A stretch of 63,784 nucleotides of DNA, filler included, from Folioceros fuciformis (taxonomy: Eukaryota): NCBI GenBank assembly GCA_049999805.1. It is 10 parts of 10 records of this genome, joined end to end, with 100 filler letters (N's around TTAATTAATTAA, not from the genome) between each part and the next. Parts side by side here need not be neighbours in the genome. Positions count along the whole stretch, not along the records: positions 46,470 to 51,864 come from JBNGIO010001077.1; positions 51,965 to 54,689 come from JBNGIO010001078.1; positions 54,790 to 57,726 come from JBNGIO010001080.1; positions 57,827 to 61,724 come from JBNGIO010001081.1; 6 more parts are not named here. The stretch is one strand, 5' to 3'. Positions within the stretch are counted from its first letter, which is position 1. Each line of letters starts with the position of its first letter. Positions 47,500-59,825 of this stretch are shown here, one piece after another. The position numbers and the translations under genes were made by a program. The notes under the pieces are model-generated. The model was not told the origin of the DNA, did not search any database, and saw nothing but the letters and a program-made list of their open reading frames with translations.

Positions 47500-49560
47500 G
47501 TTTGACAATGATTTGGCCTATGTTGTGAAATGCTCACAAGTTTCATCGTTATGGCCAACAAAACAAAATGAAAACATGCTAACATGCAACTACACCTCTG
47601 GTTTCCATGTCACTTTCTTCTTCTTGGGTCGTGCTCGTTCCTCCATACTTTTAAATTGCATAAGACTATTTGTCCCTTTATTCGAAACTATTCCAAGGCT
47701 GGTTTGCTAGTTGACGCTTCGTCCACCCTTGCTGAAACCTGCATAAGGAGACCTTGCGCTTGCTTCATTATCGCGTATGCCTCATCCAAGATAGCAGATT
47801 TGGCTTGAACCATGCTTTACAGGTTCATGTAGATGGCATTCAAGCCCCGACGTCGTTTCATCCTCAAATCTGCTAAGTTAGATGGGTTGCTATGAAGGGC
47901 GGCCACATCTTCATAACTACATGGCACATGATCCTTATCCATTACCCTGTCACATGCCTGGCCTTCATCACTTACTGCATCGCATTTCAAGTAGGGCAAA
48001 GTACGTCCCTCCTCTTGCCCTACAACATATCCTCCATTGGTACATCAAGAAAGCTGGACTAGTTGAGAAGTTTCTTGAAATATACCACAAACCTGTTGCA
48101 ACTTTACGACATGCTTGCATAGAAAACCTCGCTGCCCCATTCCACATGAGCAAAAAGCCCAAAGAGAGTGTGCAACCTCAATACAATAAAAGTGATCATT
48201 GTCATCAAACGACATGCAATATGCAACAATAGATCCAACAGTTGTGGAAAAGATGATAGCCTACAATACTCGTATACAATACTAGCTGCTGGAGCAATGA
48301 CATGTTCATACACCTTTTCCAACTTTGAATTAGGCTTGTAACCTCCAGCCTTAGTGAAATCAAGATACCAATAATGCAATCTCGTTCACTAGTAGATGCA
48401 ATTACCAATCTATGTGCCTACCTAGCCACTCCGCTTTGGTGAATGACACTCTTTCTTTCAGAAAACGGTGAAAAGCCTCCAAGTCAAACATTGTGTCTTG
48501 CCCAGCATGAGGGTATGCCCTACAATTCTTCATCCACATTTCTATGAAACAAAAAAAAGCCTTGTTAGCAAAAATGACGAAAAGGAACAATATAACTAAT
48601 TTACACTAACCTTGAACATCGCAACATATTACCTACGGCGTCTCCCCACTGCTTCTAGAAGTAGTCAACGAATCCTGGCTCAGTAACATTCCACTCCGTA
48701 TAGAAAAACTCCAACAGCACCTTACCCCATACTTCAGTCTCATCTTGTGTCTTGTGACTCCTGACATACATAATGTCTGCAAGAGCTGCCCATATCGCCT
48801 TCCTTGCTATAGGAGACTTAACCTTCAAAAGGTTTCATTACCATGCCTTTCTAACATGCCACAAGCACAAAACAACATGTATGTTTACCCCCCATACCTG
48901 TTTGAAGGTAGCTATCTCTACCAGACAATCATCCACTAGAAAACAACTAGGTGTTCATGAAGAACTTGTGTTCAATGCAATCCTTTTGAGAGGCCCCAAC
49001 CAAGACACCAGAGACATTGTGGTAGCTTCTTGGGTTAGTGCCCATGCCACTTGAATACCATTCAAGTGGTGATAAAAAATCGGAACAGTGAATAGATGAT
49101 AACTGTACTTATTCAGCAAGAATGTAGCGTCCACCGCTAAAACACTATTGTTGCCATGTTTGATCAACATGTGCCACATAAAAGGGGTTTGCAACCCTAA
49201 AACTAAAGGCTCATCCGGTTCTGATCTATGGCAGACGAGATGAGCATGGAGTTTCAACCACATGTCCGTGGACTTAGCATCATCAGGATCCAACTGCCAC
49301 TCACCCGCTTCTACCTGTCATTTGATGTTTGAGACATCCTTTTGCTGTATGTAATCATCAAGAACATCCCCGGTGTGTTCTCCATGTATGTAGTGACTCA
49401 TATTCTCATACACAACTGCAACATGTCTACACATAGTTTCAAAGACGGAAACCTTGTAATATAGACAATGTTTTGCTTAGTCCTTCTTGCATTTTTGAGA
49501 GCCAAGGGGTCTTGACAATTTGGGGTGACCATCATAATGGGGACCATGACAAACATCATC
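47500..49560 (-). mobile_element. Decayed Mutator-like (MULE) transposase with probable SWIM finger
   Basis: LVLGLQTPFMWHMLIKHGNNSVLAVDATFLLNKYSYHLFTVPIF...NGIQVAWAL is a MULE DDE segment; stops and frameshifts throughout. Confidence 0.7.
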
Positions 49561-50559
49561 AGCCCGATCTGTATGTTGTCCTTGGTGAAGAATGATCTGA
49601 GCTAGTTCATATCATTCTTCATCTGAGCTAGTACTTCAGGAAGCATTAACAATTGCTTCACAATGAAATTAGCCATACAACTAGTCTTCATTTGAACATT
49701 TCTAGGTGTGGTAGCTGCTCGAAAATCTTCTGGTCCAAAGGAGCACCAATACCCACACAAGAGGAGAACATGTATTTCAACATAGCTTCAATCACCTACC
49801 ATATGTCCTACAACCAAAATGCCACAAGATTGTGGAAGGGTGTACACAGGTGCATAGACATGTTAGCCTTAGTTGTTCGACCGTTTGCCAAATGCAGCAG
49901 GGCAGATTAGATCAGCCATACTTAGGCCCTGAAATAATATGGCAGTGCTTTCACGAGCAATCCTAGTCCGAAAATAGAAGGCATAGCATGTCTCAGCAAC
50001 AGCTCTGCTTAGAAACGGTGTACAAATAGTGTCATCCCGAAACAGAAGGAACACGAGCAACTTGTAGAAAGGATCTTGGGTCAATTATGTTTCAGCTTCA
50101 CAAGGGTCTCACGCTCCTCATGTACAACGTTGGTGTGTCCAGTGATGGCACAACAGCTGGCCGCTGGGCATTTCAACTCTTCGAATCTTTGAGATAAATG
50201 TTGGCTGCACACTTGAGACTTTCTCTGGCCACGAAATCCTACACACGAGTCCAAGGAATGTATGCGACTTGCAGTTGCTTTCAGATTTGCCAATCTAATG
50301 TGTCTGTATTGAAATGTCCGAGTGGTGGGATCTGGATGTTGAGCGAGCACTCCATCGGAACGTAAGCATGGTGCAAAGCATACTTGCTTTAGGGTGTAAG
50401 CCAAATGGTTGTTGAAGCTTAAACCCGGTTTCACGGCTTAGACTAGAAGGTCGCAAAAGTAGGCGATACGAGTACAGTCAATCACAGTATGTGATTTCCT
50501 GTACATAGAGATGGGTGAAGAGAGATGCATGGTGGAGGATGGGGATGCCATGCCACGGG

Positions 50560-51010
50560 GGATTTCTCACGGGAGAAGCATTTATTGGATTTGAGTTTGA
50601 GACGCAGACGGGATGTTCCCCCTCGGGTTTCGCAGGTTCTAGGGGCAAGTAGGTTATTGGCCAAAAAAAAAAAAGCCATTCTTGGGGTGCGTCTAATCGC
50701 TATGGGAGAGGCTTTCTTGTGGCTCATCAGTTGGCGTATTGCTATTCAGCTTCCATATCATTTCCAATCTCATCTTAGTACTCACCAATTTGGGATTGCG
50801 ACTCCAGGAGGTTGTGAATCGGTCACATTTGGGGTTTTGGCAATCCTTGAGTCTCACCCAGACTGGGTCGTTATGCAAGTGGACGTAGAAAATGCCTTTA
50901 ACAACATCTGAAATAAATCGGGTTTGTCCTCAAACACTTCTTTTGCCTTCTTCTCTAGGTCTATGGCATCGCACCACCCTCCAAAAATGCCATCTACTAC
51001 AGGTCGAGGG
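50560..51010 (+). mobile_element. Reverse-transcriptase fragment of a CRE-like non-LTR retrotransposon
   Basis: GVRLIAMGEAF...HQFGIATPGGCESV...HPDWVVMQVDVENAFN. Confidence 0.7.
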
Positions 51011-51704
51011 TTTGAGAAGGCCAACGGCGGCTATTGCTATGCAAATTTACACAATTCTATTTTCTGTTGAAATCGGACATTGATATAAGGTGCACTTGAA
51101 ACTTGATTTCCAAATTAGCTATTTTTCTAGTAAACTATAGTACCAAGGCATGCACAAGTGTATGCCCGCCTACTCATAGACATGCAACCTATCAAGCGAA
51201 AGGTCTTATCCTTTGAATCTTGTAGATTCTAGCTTTTCAATCTTGGGGACAATAATGTAGGGTTGGCATTGGTCGGGTTGCCATCGGATTTGGCTCTTCA
51301 AGTTCATTTGCTAGACTCTTTAGGTTCGTTTGTTGGAGAAGTGGCGCTGGAGAATGTTTCTAACGAAAGTTTATTGTAAAAGGTGTTTAAACATCCAAGG
51401 ATATAAAACATGCTAAAAGTCCTCACTACTTACTCAAGGTTTAGATCATCAAGAAAAAGATGAGTATTAGTCAAGTTTCACTGCAAAACTGTGCAAAAAA
51501 GGGGTTAAAAACAATCAAAATGAACTTTTTATACACAAAAAAATCCAAAAAATAGTAAAAATAGGGGAAAAATACCTATAAAATCTTGAAGCCATGGTGT
51601 GCCGATGTGCGTGCCAATGACTAGAAAACAAGATTTTTTTGGATTTTTTTGCTATTGTTGTGGATTGTTTTGACCATAATGCACTTAAAATGTGTGCTAA
51701 CTAC

Positions 51705-51864
51705 TTTATGGAGTGCACTTGTGCACGCCAACTTGGTCATGGTGCACACTTGTGTGCACTAGCTTGGTTATGGTGCATGCCAAGGAGGTTATGGTGCGCA
51801 CAAGTGTGCGCCAGTGTGGTCATGGTGCGCACAAGTGTGCACAAGTGTGGTCATGGCGCACATA
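51705..51864. repeat. ~30-bp satellite-like tandem repeat at contig end
   Basis: gtcatggtgcgcacaagtgtgcgccagtgtg variants, ~5 copies. Confidence 0.8.
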
Positions 51865-51964
51865 NNNNNNNNNNNNNNNNNNNNNNNNNNNNNNNNNNNN
51901 NNNNNNNNTTAATTAATTAANNNNNNNNNNNNNNNNNNNNNNNNNNNNNNNNNNNNNNNNNNNN
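51865..51964. other. Artificial contig-joining linker
   Basis: N44-TTAATTAATTAA-N44. Confidence 0.98.
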
Positions 51965-52088
51965 TACAGATTCACAGGTTGCCTATCCCACCTACAAGGC
52001 TGAAATCAGATTCCCAGAGTTAACTGGTGAACCAAGACTGCATGCCTTTTAGCTCCGAGAATCAATTTGAGTCACGTAGGTACTCCAG

Positions 52089-52394
52089 GTGAAAGACTGC
52101 CTCCCAGTTTTCTCCACCAGTCCTGGAGATGCCTCTTTGAGAGATGTCGAGGAAGGCACAAACTTCATCATAACTTTGATGGACGCCTTCGTGGAGGGCT
52201 CTGAAACAGAAGATGTCTTGAGCATTCTGACAATCGCCATTGGCAAGGCGACGGACAAGGAGGGCCAAGACAAAACCAAAGACGGGGACTATGAGAAGAA
52301 ATATCAGTGTCCTGAGTTGCGCAGCACACTTACCAAAACGGTATACTGGTCTCGACCACCCCCGACTCCTGTCATGCCTGGCTATAGTGAATAG
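52089..52394 (+). CDS. Terminal exon encoding a caspase p10 (small subunit)-like domain; upstream exons lost at contig start
   Basis: KDCLPVFSTSPGDASLRDVEEGTNFIITLMDAF...EDVLSILTIAIGKA...KKYQCPELRSTLTKTVYW aligns with the caspase small subunit; in-frame TAG at 52077 with phase-0 AG acceptors at 52079/52088 implies an exon. Confidence 0.7.
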   Translation: MKDCLPVFSTSPGDASLRDVEEGTNFIITLMDAFVEGSETEDVLSILTIAIGKATDKEGQDKTKDGDYEKKYQCPELRSTLTKTVYWSRPPPTPVMPGYSE

Positions 52395-53429
52395 CATGTG
52401 GCCAGGGCCTGCAATGCCGTCAATCAAGAGTCAGGTATGCTCTTGAGCTACATGTTGGTGGTCTATTAAATACGGCCCCTGATAAGTCTTGTCACTTCTC
52501 CCTTGCCTGGCATTCTTTCCTGTTTGGCTAGAGAGACCTCTCACAGCGTCCTGATGGGGTGAATAGATGATGCCCCATGGAGGCTATGCGTAGGGAGGGA
52601 AGAACGTGCGCGCTTGCACACACACAGTTGCAGCTCTTGGTTTTCGCAGGCAAGTGAGTGACCCAGATTTGCGGCCTCGTGGCTTTCACATCACTTGCAC
52701 ACTGTCAGGATGTATGTTTCATCATCCCGACCAGCCGAAGCTTGGTCCCTCAGTGAACTGGCGTGTGGAGCTTCTGCCTTCAAGTCAGAGTGACTCGAGA
52801 CAGAATCGAGGGGTAGCTCACTAGTTTGTGTTAACTGGATCTGCTTTGCTAGCGCATCAGCTGTAGCACATGCACATGAACAGGCATAGGCATAGTTTTT
52901 TATCATCCAATCGAGGAGCAGACGTGCGCGCTATGTGTGCCTCCCTTCCTGTGGCCATAAGAGAAGATGACGGAGATGAGAAAGAATTAGCCGCTACAGG
53001 AGCATGGCAGCAGGACAGGCCCTTCTTCACCATGTGTCCCCTGTTCGGTTTGCCAAATCCACAAACCCCGGCGCCTACACGCATGTTCACCTGCAAAAAA
53101 CGCCGTCTACTCGGAATTCATCGTCCAACTCCCGCTCCGTTGCCCGCGGATCCAGATTCCCCACATACACGCGAGCGAGACAAAGGGAGGGTAAGGGTTT
53201 CCGAGCGCGGGGTCTCACCATATTCTTAACATAGCCACTTTGCTTTGCTGACCTATTGGGGTGCAATCCGATTGGCTCGCTGATCGGACTCTGGCTTTGC
53301 TGACCTATTTATTCTTCTACCCTTGTCGGCTTTTGAGTCAAACCAGCCAACACCGCAACCTCGTAACACATTTACTGCATTTTGAACTTAGATACACATT
53401 TTAGGACTACGAACTTTAATTACATATTT

Positions 53430-54689
53430 AGTAACACCCCCTTCGACGGGGTGGGGCAGAACCACAAAGTTAAGAAGCCAAAGCAAGGGTTAGTTTTAAA
53501 CACCGGACACAGCACTAGGCCTCCAAGTAGCCCGCCCTCCTCTTCTAGGAGGACTCTTCTAGGAGGACTCTTCTAGGAGGACTCGCAGCCAGCACCCTTG
53601 CTGCAGCTCTTTATTCAAATCACAAGTCAACAAGAACATATAGAATTGGAGGGCTAGAGAGAACTCCTCATCTTTGCCTAAGCTAGGAGTTTAGCTCTCC
53701 CTTCTCTTGACCTCCTCCCACAGCTCCTTCACAGCACCTTTCATGTGCTCTCACAGCCCAAGCAACACATGCTCTCAAGGCATAGCCCAAGCACCCAGTG
53801 CTCTCAAGGCTTTGAGGAGATACTGATCTCAACTCCACTGTACTGAACTTGCCTTAGCCATTGGCTAGGTCCCCTTTTATACACAAGCTCAAATCACTAA
53901 CTTAGCAACTACTTACTTAAGCACTTACTTAAGCCTTAAGCTATTATTCACTACCTCATACTCTTCCTAGGGCTGCATGCTTCTCATGCTCTTAGTAACC
54001 TGCTCTGCTAAACATGCCTCTGCATGGAGCTTACTTGCTTGGCACTCAAACCAGCGTTGTTACTTCCTCCTCCACTAGGAAAGAATCACAGCCCTCAGTG
54101 ATAACCAATGTAGCAATCATCCAGGAGCCTCTCTGGATATCCTCTAATGTTACCCAAACTGGTGTTGAGATCCCACGCAACTTTATCATATACTGTGGTA
54201 GAGTTCCACGTCTTGTAGCCACGCTACCTTCTGCAAGGAATTCCTCAATCTCCCGCAGTCCTTGATCATGCTGCACTAGGATACTGTACTTCTTCCTGTC
54301 CATATCCTCTTTCTCTTTGCCTAGCACAAATGGTTTCAACATAGATACATGAAACACATGGTGTGCAAAAATCCAATCAGGCAAGTCCAACTTGTAAGCC
54401 ACTTCTCCAATGCGCTTCAAGACAACATATGGACCTCCATACTTTGGTCTCAACTTTAAAGACAATCTTTGGGGTAGTGTGAAATGCTTCAGTTTCACCC
54501 AAACTTTATCCCCAACATTGAAGACAGTTTCTCTCCTATGCTTATCAGCATCTCTTTTGACGAGCTTGAGCCTTGGCTAATATCTTTTGGGCAACCTCAT
54601 GCCTAGCCTTCAATTGCTCAACAAATTGGCGTGGATCTCCAATGGTAGTGTCGAAAACTTCAGCATTTAGCATGGATACCACATCCAAA
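53430..54689 (-). mobile_element. 3' end of a plant Ty3/Gypsy element (integrase C-terminus, chromodomain-like tail, LTR)
   Basis: KLRPKYGGPYVVLKRIGEVAYKLDLP...HHVFHVSMLKPF; LTR-like end gtaacacccc at ~53431; (ctcttctaggagga)x3 at ~53540-53584. Confidence 0.8.
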
Positions 54690-54789
54690 NNNNNNNNNNN
54701 NNNNNNNNNNNNNNNNNNNNNNNNNNNNNNNNNTTAATTAATTAANNNNNNNNNNNNNNNNNNNNNNNNNNNNNNNNNNNNNNNNNNNN
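54690..54789. other. Artificial contig-joining linker
   Basis: N44-TTAATTAATTAA-N44. Confidence 0.98.
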
Positions 54790-55313
54790 AGGCGGCGCTG
54801 GTGCACCGCACCGGGGGAGGGAGCCGGCGGCAGCTCAAAGCCGTCCATCTGGGGACGCAGCTGCTGGCGCTGGGACTGGGGTGGGTCGGGATCTGGGCGG
54901 CCTTCCGCGCCCACAACGAGAGCTCCCCGCCCAAGGACAACCTCTACAGCCTGCACTCATGGGTGGGGCTGGGAGTTGCGATCCTGCTCTCCCTGCACTG
55001 GCTCGGAGGATTCTTCGCCCTCTGGTATCCATGGGCCGGACCCGAATTCCGGGCCGGATTCCTGCCGTGGCACGCCCTCGGGGGACTATTCGTGTACGGC
55101 CTTGCCGTGCTGGCCGCCGAGACCGGGATTCTGGAGAAGGTGACGCTGCTGCAGCTCCGGGGCCAAGTGAAGCACTTCGACTCTGAGCCCATGCTGGCTA
55201 ATCTGCTGGGGCTGATTCTGGCTCTACTGGCTGGGTTCACTGTGCTGGCTGCCGTCGTGCCTGATCCCCGCAGGGACAGGGACAGGGAGAAAGGATACTC
55301 TCCTTTGCAATAA
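54790..55313 (+). CDS. Cytochrome b561 (transmembrane ascorbate ferrireductase), 5'-truncated
   Basis: KAVHLGTQ, HNE...DNLYSLHSWVG, FLPWHALGGLFVYGLAVLAAETGILEKVT: heme-ligand His motifs and TM helices. Confidence 0.9.
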
Positions 55314-57726
55314 CAATCACTCTCGTTGTACACTGACAACATTTCTGCAGCTGATTCTGACTTCGGGTTTCCTCCACATTTCCATCTCTTGTTTTAGCGT
55401 CTTTGCAGACATTTGCCCCAAGGCTTGCAAAGCATTAGTGTGGGCAGCCAATCAACCTCCCTCATCGGCACAATGTGCATCTGGTGAGCGACTCCACCAG
55501 CACACTTGAAGGTGCAAAGCCTTGGTCGGATACTATGTCTTCCAGAAGTGCAACACTCCTTGTACAAAATGATAATGGAATATGTAGTTAACATACAAAT
55601 TCCTGCTATAGTGCAGTTGGAGGAGAGAAGTGAGCAGTTCCACATTACAATAGAGACGTCAACAGTGAGTGATTGTCTCAGGTTGCAGAAGAGTCGTCTC
55701 TGATGAATTCTCCATGAGCAGATTTCGTAGTTTCACTGTTAGAGAAGAGAGGAACAGGTCGCTGTTCCAGGGGCTAAGTGCTCGGTTCCAGAACATGGGT
55801 TCCAGAAGAGCAGTCCAACTTCTCTCGAAGGTTCCAGAACATCGGTTCCAGGAGAGTCCTGCCACTTTCTCAGATCAGCAGTTTCACAGGACGTTTTCAC
55901 TTACCAGTTTAACAGTTCGAGAATGTAGAAGAGCAGTTTCTCGTTCTTGTTTTTCCAGACGTGTGATTTTAGGATTTCATGTTTACTCCCAAGAGCGGTG
56001 TTAAGTTTACACAACCCAATAAGTTCGAACCCACATCAACCTCGCATTGGGGTAGTGGAAAGCTAAAAACCCAGCCTTTGATTAAATATTAAAAACAAAC
56101 CATGCATAATTTTGTAACACTTTTCCCTCCTTTTACAACAAAGTTGAGCGCCTCCATTCAAAACAGCTATGCATCTTTGTGGTGTAGAACAGCTACATAT
56201 CTTTGTCATCCAAAAGAGTTAGGTGTGTTTGTCATACATTGTGGAGCAGTACAATAGGGACTTGGATGACAAGTTTTCTTCCAACAAACTTCTAATCTTT
56301 GTATAAGATGAAACCTTGTTAACAAATGTTGGAACAAATGGAGCACATTTTTCATGGAATCGACCTTGAACGTCACTTCTTGCTGGGGATCAAAGAGCTA
56401 AGGAGGTTACATGAGAAATTCTGGTGATTGGACACCATAATGATTAACCATTTCAAAGATTATGCATACATCTATGTGGACATAGGGTACTTGGATGTTA
56501 CTACCTTAAAACTAGTGCGCCCATTTGGGGCACATGGAAATAAGGAGGGGCTCAAATGTGAATGTAAGATCCTCAAGATTACAAGGCCCTAAACATCATG
56601 GTGACGAGGATTCCATCAAGACTCTCTTGAAGAGTGCAAACTGGGTTCAAAGTTATGGTGAGAGCACGAAAAGTGGTGAGAGCAAGAAAACAAAAAAGAG
56701 CCCAAGTACCTCGAAAGAGCAAGTGCAATCAAAATGCAAGAACAATGCCCTCTTACCATCAAATCAGAGTCCGCCAAGCTCATCTTGTAAGGATAAAAAG
56801 GAAAATGCTGAGGGATGCATTATGTCACATACCACTAGCAACAAGAAACCTAGTGCAAATGATTCTGTTAGGCCCTTGTATATATGGAGTCCGCATTACA
56901 ACTACCCTTGCAAGTTTGCTCCAAACAATTCTACTCAGTCCCTTCGTGTGCGGAACACAATTCTTGCAGACAACTCGAATAGGACTTCGAGTGATCACAA
57001 GTCTACTAGGCCCTGCAATACACCGGATCACCCATTTCTATCGCACTCCCAAACATGTTCATCCTCGAAAAAGAGTAGCCTTTCTAATTCAAGAGAAAGA
57101 GAAACCGACCCCTCCAAAGTGCAAGCCCTCCAAATGCAAGCCTATCAAGTGCAAGCCCTTCAGGCCCAAGAGAAGACCAAGATTTCTTTTGAAAAGTTAG
57201 TGGCAGCAGTGCTTGCCTTTCAAAGATGGCGCCATTACCAGTTAAAAGTACTAACAAACAAACCCCTTGGTTTTCTGGTCCAAGTTTTCAATGTGGCTTC
57301 ATGGAAGTGCATCAACACTAGCCTTGATTGCACTTCCTTGTCATTTTTCTTAATGCCATGCTTTGTATGTAGAAAGTGTTCAGTAGGGAGCTGCGGAAAC
57401 TAAATTGGCAAGAACATCCAGTGAGTTAAAAGAAGAAAACCTTGAAGCTACTTACATTGTACTTACAACCCCAACTTTCATGTCTCTTGACTAATAATCA
57501 TAACCCAACGAGTCTATGTGCATGATTAGATCACACCTTTTCAACAAGACACTACTAAGGCACATCAAAGGGCAAGATTACCAGAAGGAGAGCTTAACCT
57601 TGCTGATCAAGAGATCCAATGGCTTCATACCAAGTTGAATCCTATGCAAGGAGATTCAAACATAGCTTCTTGTGCCATACGTATTCAAAGACCAACAAGA
57701 AGTGCTTGTCCTAGCCATGAAACTAT

Positions 57727-57826
57727 NNNNNNNNNNNNNNNNNNNNNNNNNNNNNNNNNNNNNNNNNNNNTTAATTAATTAANNNNNNNNNNNNNNNNNN
57801 NNNNNNNNNNNNNNNNNNNNNNNNNN
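57727..57826. other. Artificial contig-joining linker
   Basis: N44-TTAATTAATTAA-N44. Confidence 0.98.
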
Positions 57827-58840
57827 ACCTCATCACTCTCTGCACTACTGCCCAATGAGCTTGTCCATAGCATGTCAAGAATTGAGATGTTACTCCCACT
57901 GCGTAGGACAAGTCAGGCCTCGTCCAGTTCCTGCAATAGATGAGCGAGCACACTGCTGACCTGTACGGGATGCTTTCCATCTGCCGTCTCTCCATTTCTG
58001 TTTTAGGTGCCTGCTCAACACTCAATTTTTCTCCAACAGCCATTGGCGTTGCAGCAGGTTTGCACTCTGACATTCTGTATCTGGCTAGTACCTGACTGAT
58101 GTACTGAGCCTGATGTATGTGGATGGTGTGTTGTGACATGTCTTGCAGGATCTCAATGCCAAGGAACCATGTGAGTTTCCCCAAGTCTGTCATGGAGAAC
58201 TCAGAGGTGAGTATAGATTTCACCTTGGTCATTATATTCGGGTTACTCGCAATAAGTACAGCATCATCCACATAGAGTGCCAGGAAGACAACTCCGTCTT
58301 TGTCCTCCAACTTGTACACATTTGAGTCCGATTCTGATTGGAGGAAACCTGACTGTTTGAGGTATGTATCAATGCGTTTGTACCAGGCTCGAGGGGATTG
58401 CTTCAGTCCATAGATGGTTTTTATGAGCCTGCATACCTTTCCTGGCTGCTTAGCATCTACAAAACCCTCAGGCTGACTCATAAAAATCGTTTCCTCCAGG
58501 TTCCCGTTTAAGAATGCAGTTTTTACGTCCATGTGTTCCATGGCGTAGTCTCTTTGTGCTGCAATTGCGAACAGGGTGCGAACTGAAGTTGCCCTGACAA
58601 CTGGTGAGAAGGTTTCTGTATAGTCCAGGCCTTCCACCTGGCTATACCCTCTTGCTACAAGTCGAGCTTTAAATCTTGCTATACTTCCGTCAGCTGCAAG
58701 CTTTTTCTTAAATACCCACTTGCAGGTTACAGGTTTCCTGCCAGCAGGTAGGTCCACCAATTCCCATGTCCCATTATCTAATAGAGACTGGTACTCAGAT
58801 GCAATTGCTGCATTCCATTTTTCAGCTTCAGGTCCACTAA
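57827..58840 (-). mobile_element. Ty1/Copia reverse transcriptase, uninterrupted fragment
   Basis: KWVFKKK, RFKARLVARGYSQ, MDVKTAFLNG, YGLKQSPRAW, LYVDD. Confidence 0.95.
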
Positions 58841-59825
58841 CTGCACCTCTGTCAACGGAGGATATACAGCTCATGGAACGAATTCCATATAGAAATGCAT
58901 GCGGATCGCTGCAGCACTTGCAAGTTTCGACTCGTCCAGATATTAGTAAAGCTGTATCACAAGTATGCCAATTTTTTCAAGCATACGGGAATGAGCACTG
59001 GACTGCTGTGAAGAGAGTTCTGCGCTACCTTAAAGGCACAACATCATATGGCTTGATCTATAAAGCAAACAGAAGTCCAGGACGCAGTGTAGCTAAGTTA
59101 CAACTCACAGCATATTCAGACAGTGATTGGGCTGGAGATTTGGAGAAGAGGCGTTCAACGTCTGGCTACTCAGTGGTTGCAGCCTCAGCTACAATTTCGT
59201 GGAGTAGCAAGCGCTTATAGACAATTTGTCTTTCATCTGCAGAAGCTGAATATTCAGCGTGCACTGAAGCTGCAAAAGATGTAGTGTGCCATCGTCAGTT
59301 TGCGCAGGGGTTAGGGATGCAATATGATCAAGCAACAAAGTTGCATTCAGACTCACAGTCCGCCATTGCCCTCAGTCAGAATCCGGTTTTCCATTCGAGA
59401 ACGAAGCATGTGGAGCTGAGATTCCATTATATACGTTAGCTGGTGGAAAGAGGCGATGTCGAATTACATTACATTCCAACAGAGGAGAATCCTGCAGACA
59501 TCCTCACGAAGGCCTTGGCAAAAGCGAAACATGAGAAGCATGTAGCGACACTCGGTTTGAAGAGTATTAATTAGAGTGAATTCGTAGTAATCAAAGATTA
59601 TTTTATCTAACCTAACGGCTAGAAACTGAGGGAGTGTAAGAAACCCGTAAGAAACCCCCAGGTATTTAATGAACCGGTTTAGTTTCGTCGCTCGTTAGGA
59701 GCAGAGTTAGTTACTTTCATAGGATTCAGTTGATAACTGAATAACTGATAAATCGCATGTATTTAAGAAACATAAGCCTGAATAAAGTGTGTGAGTATTC
59801 GTGCAAGCTCCGCCTTTGCTTAGCA
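58841..59825 (+). mobile_element. Second Ty1/Copia fragment: RT C-terminus, RNase H, PPT and 3' LTR (59635-59825)
   Basis: IPYRNACGSL...TRPDI, YSDSDWAGD, SSAEAEY, HSRTKH, ENPADILTKAL; TAG at 59218; PPT ctgagggag then TGTAAG...ttagCA with AATAAA. Confidence 0.9.

Noticed and set aside
51705-51864. ~30-bp repeats as a CRISPR array
   Set aside because: No unique spacers, no cas genes, eukaryotic context; simple satellite.
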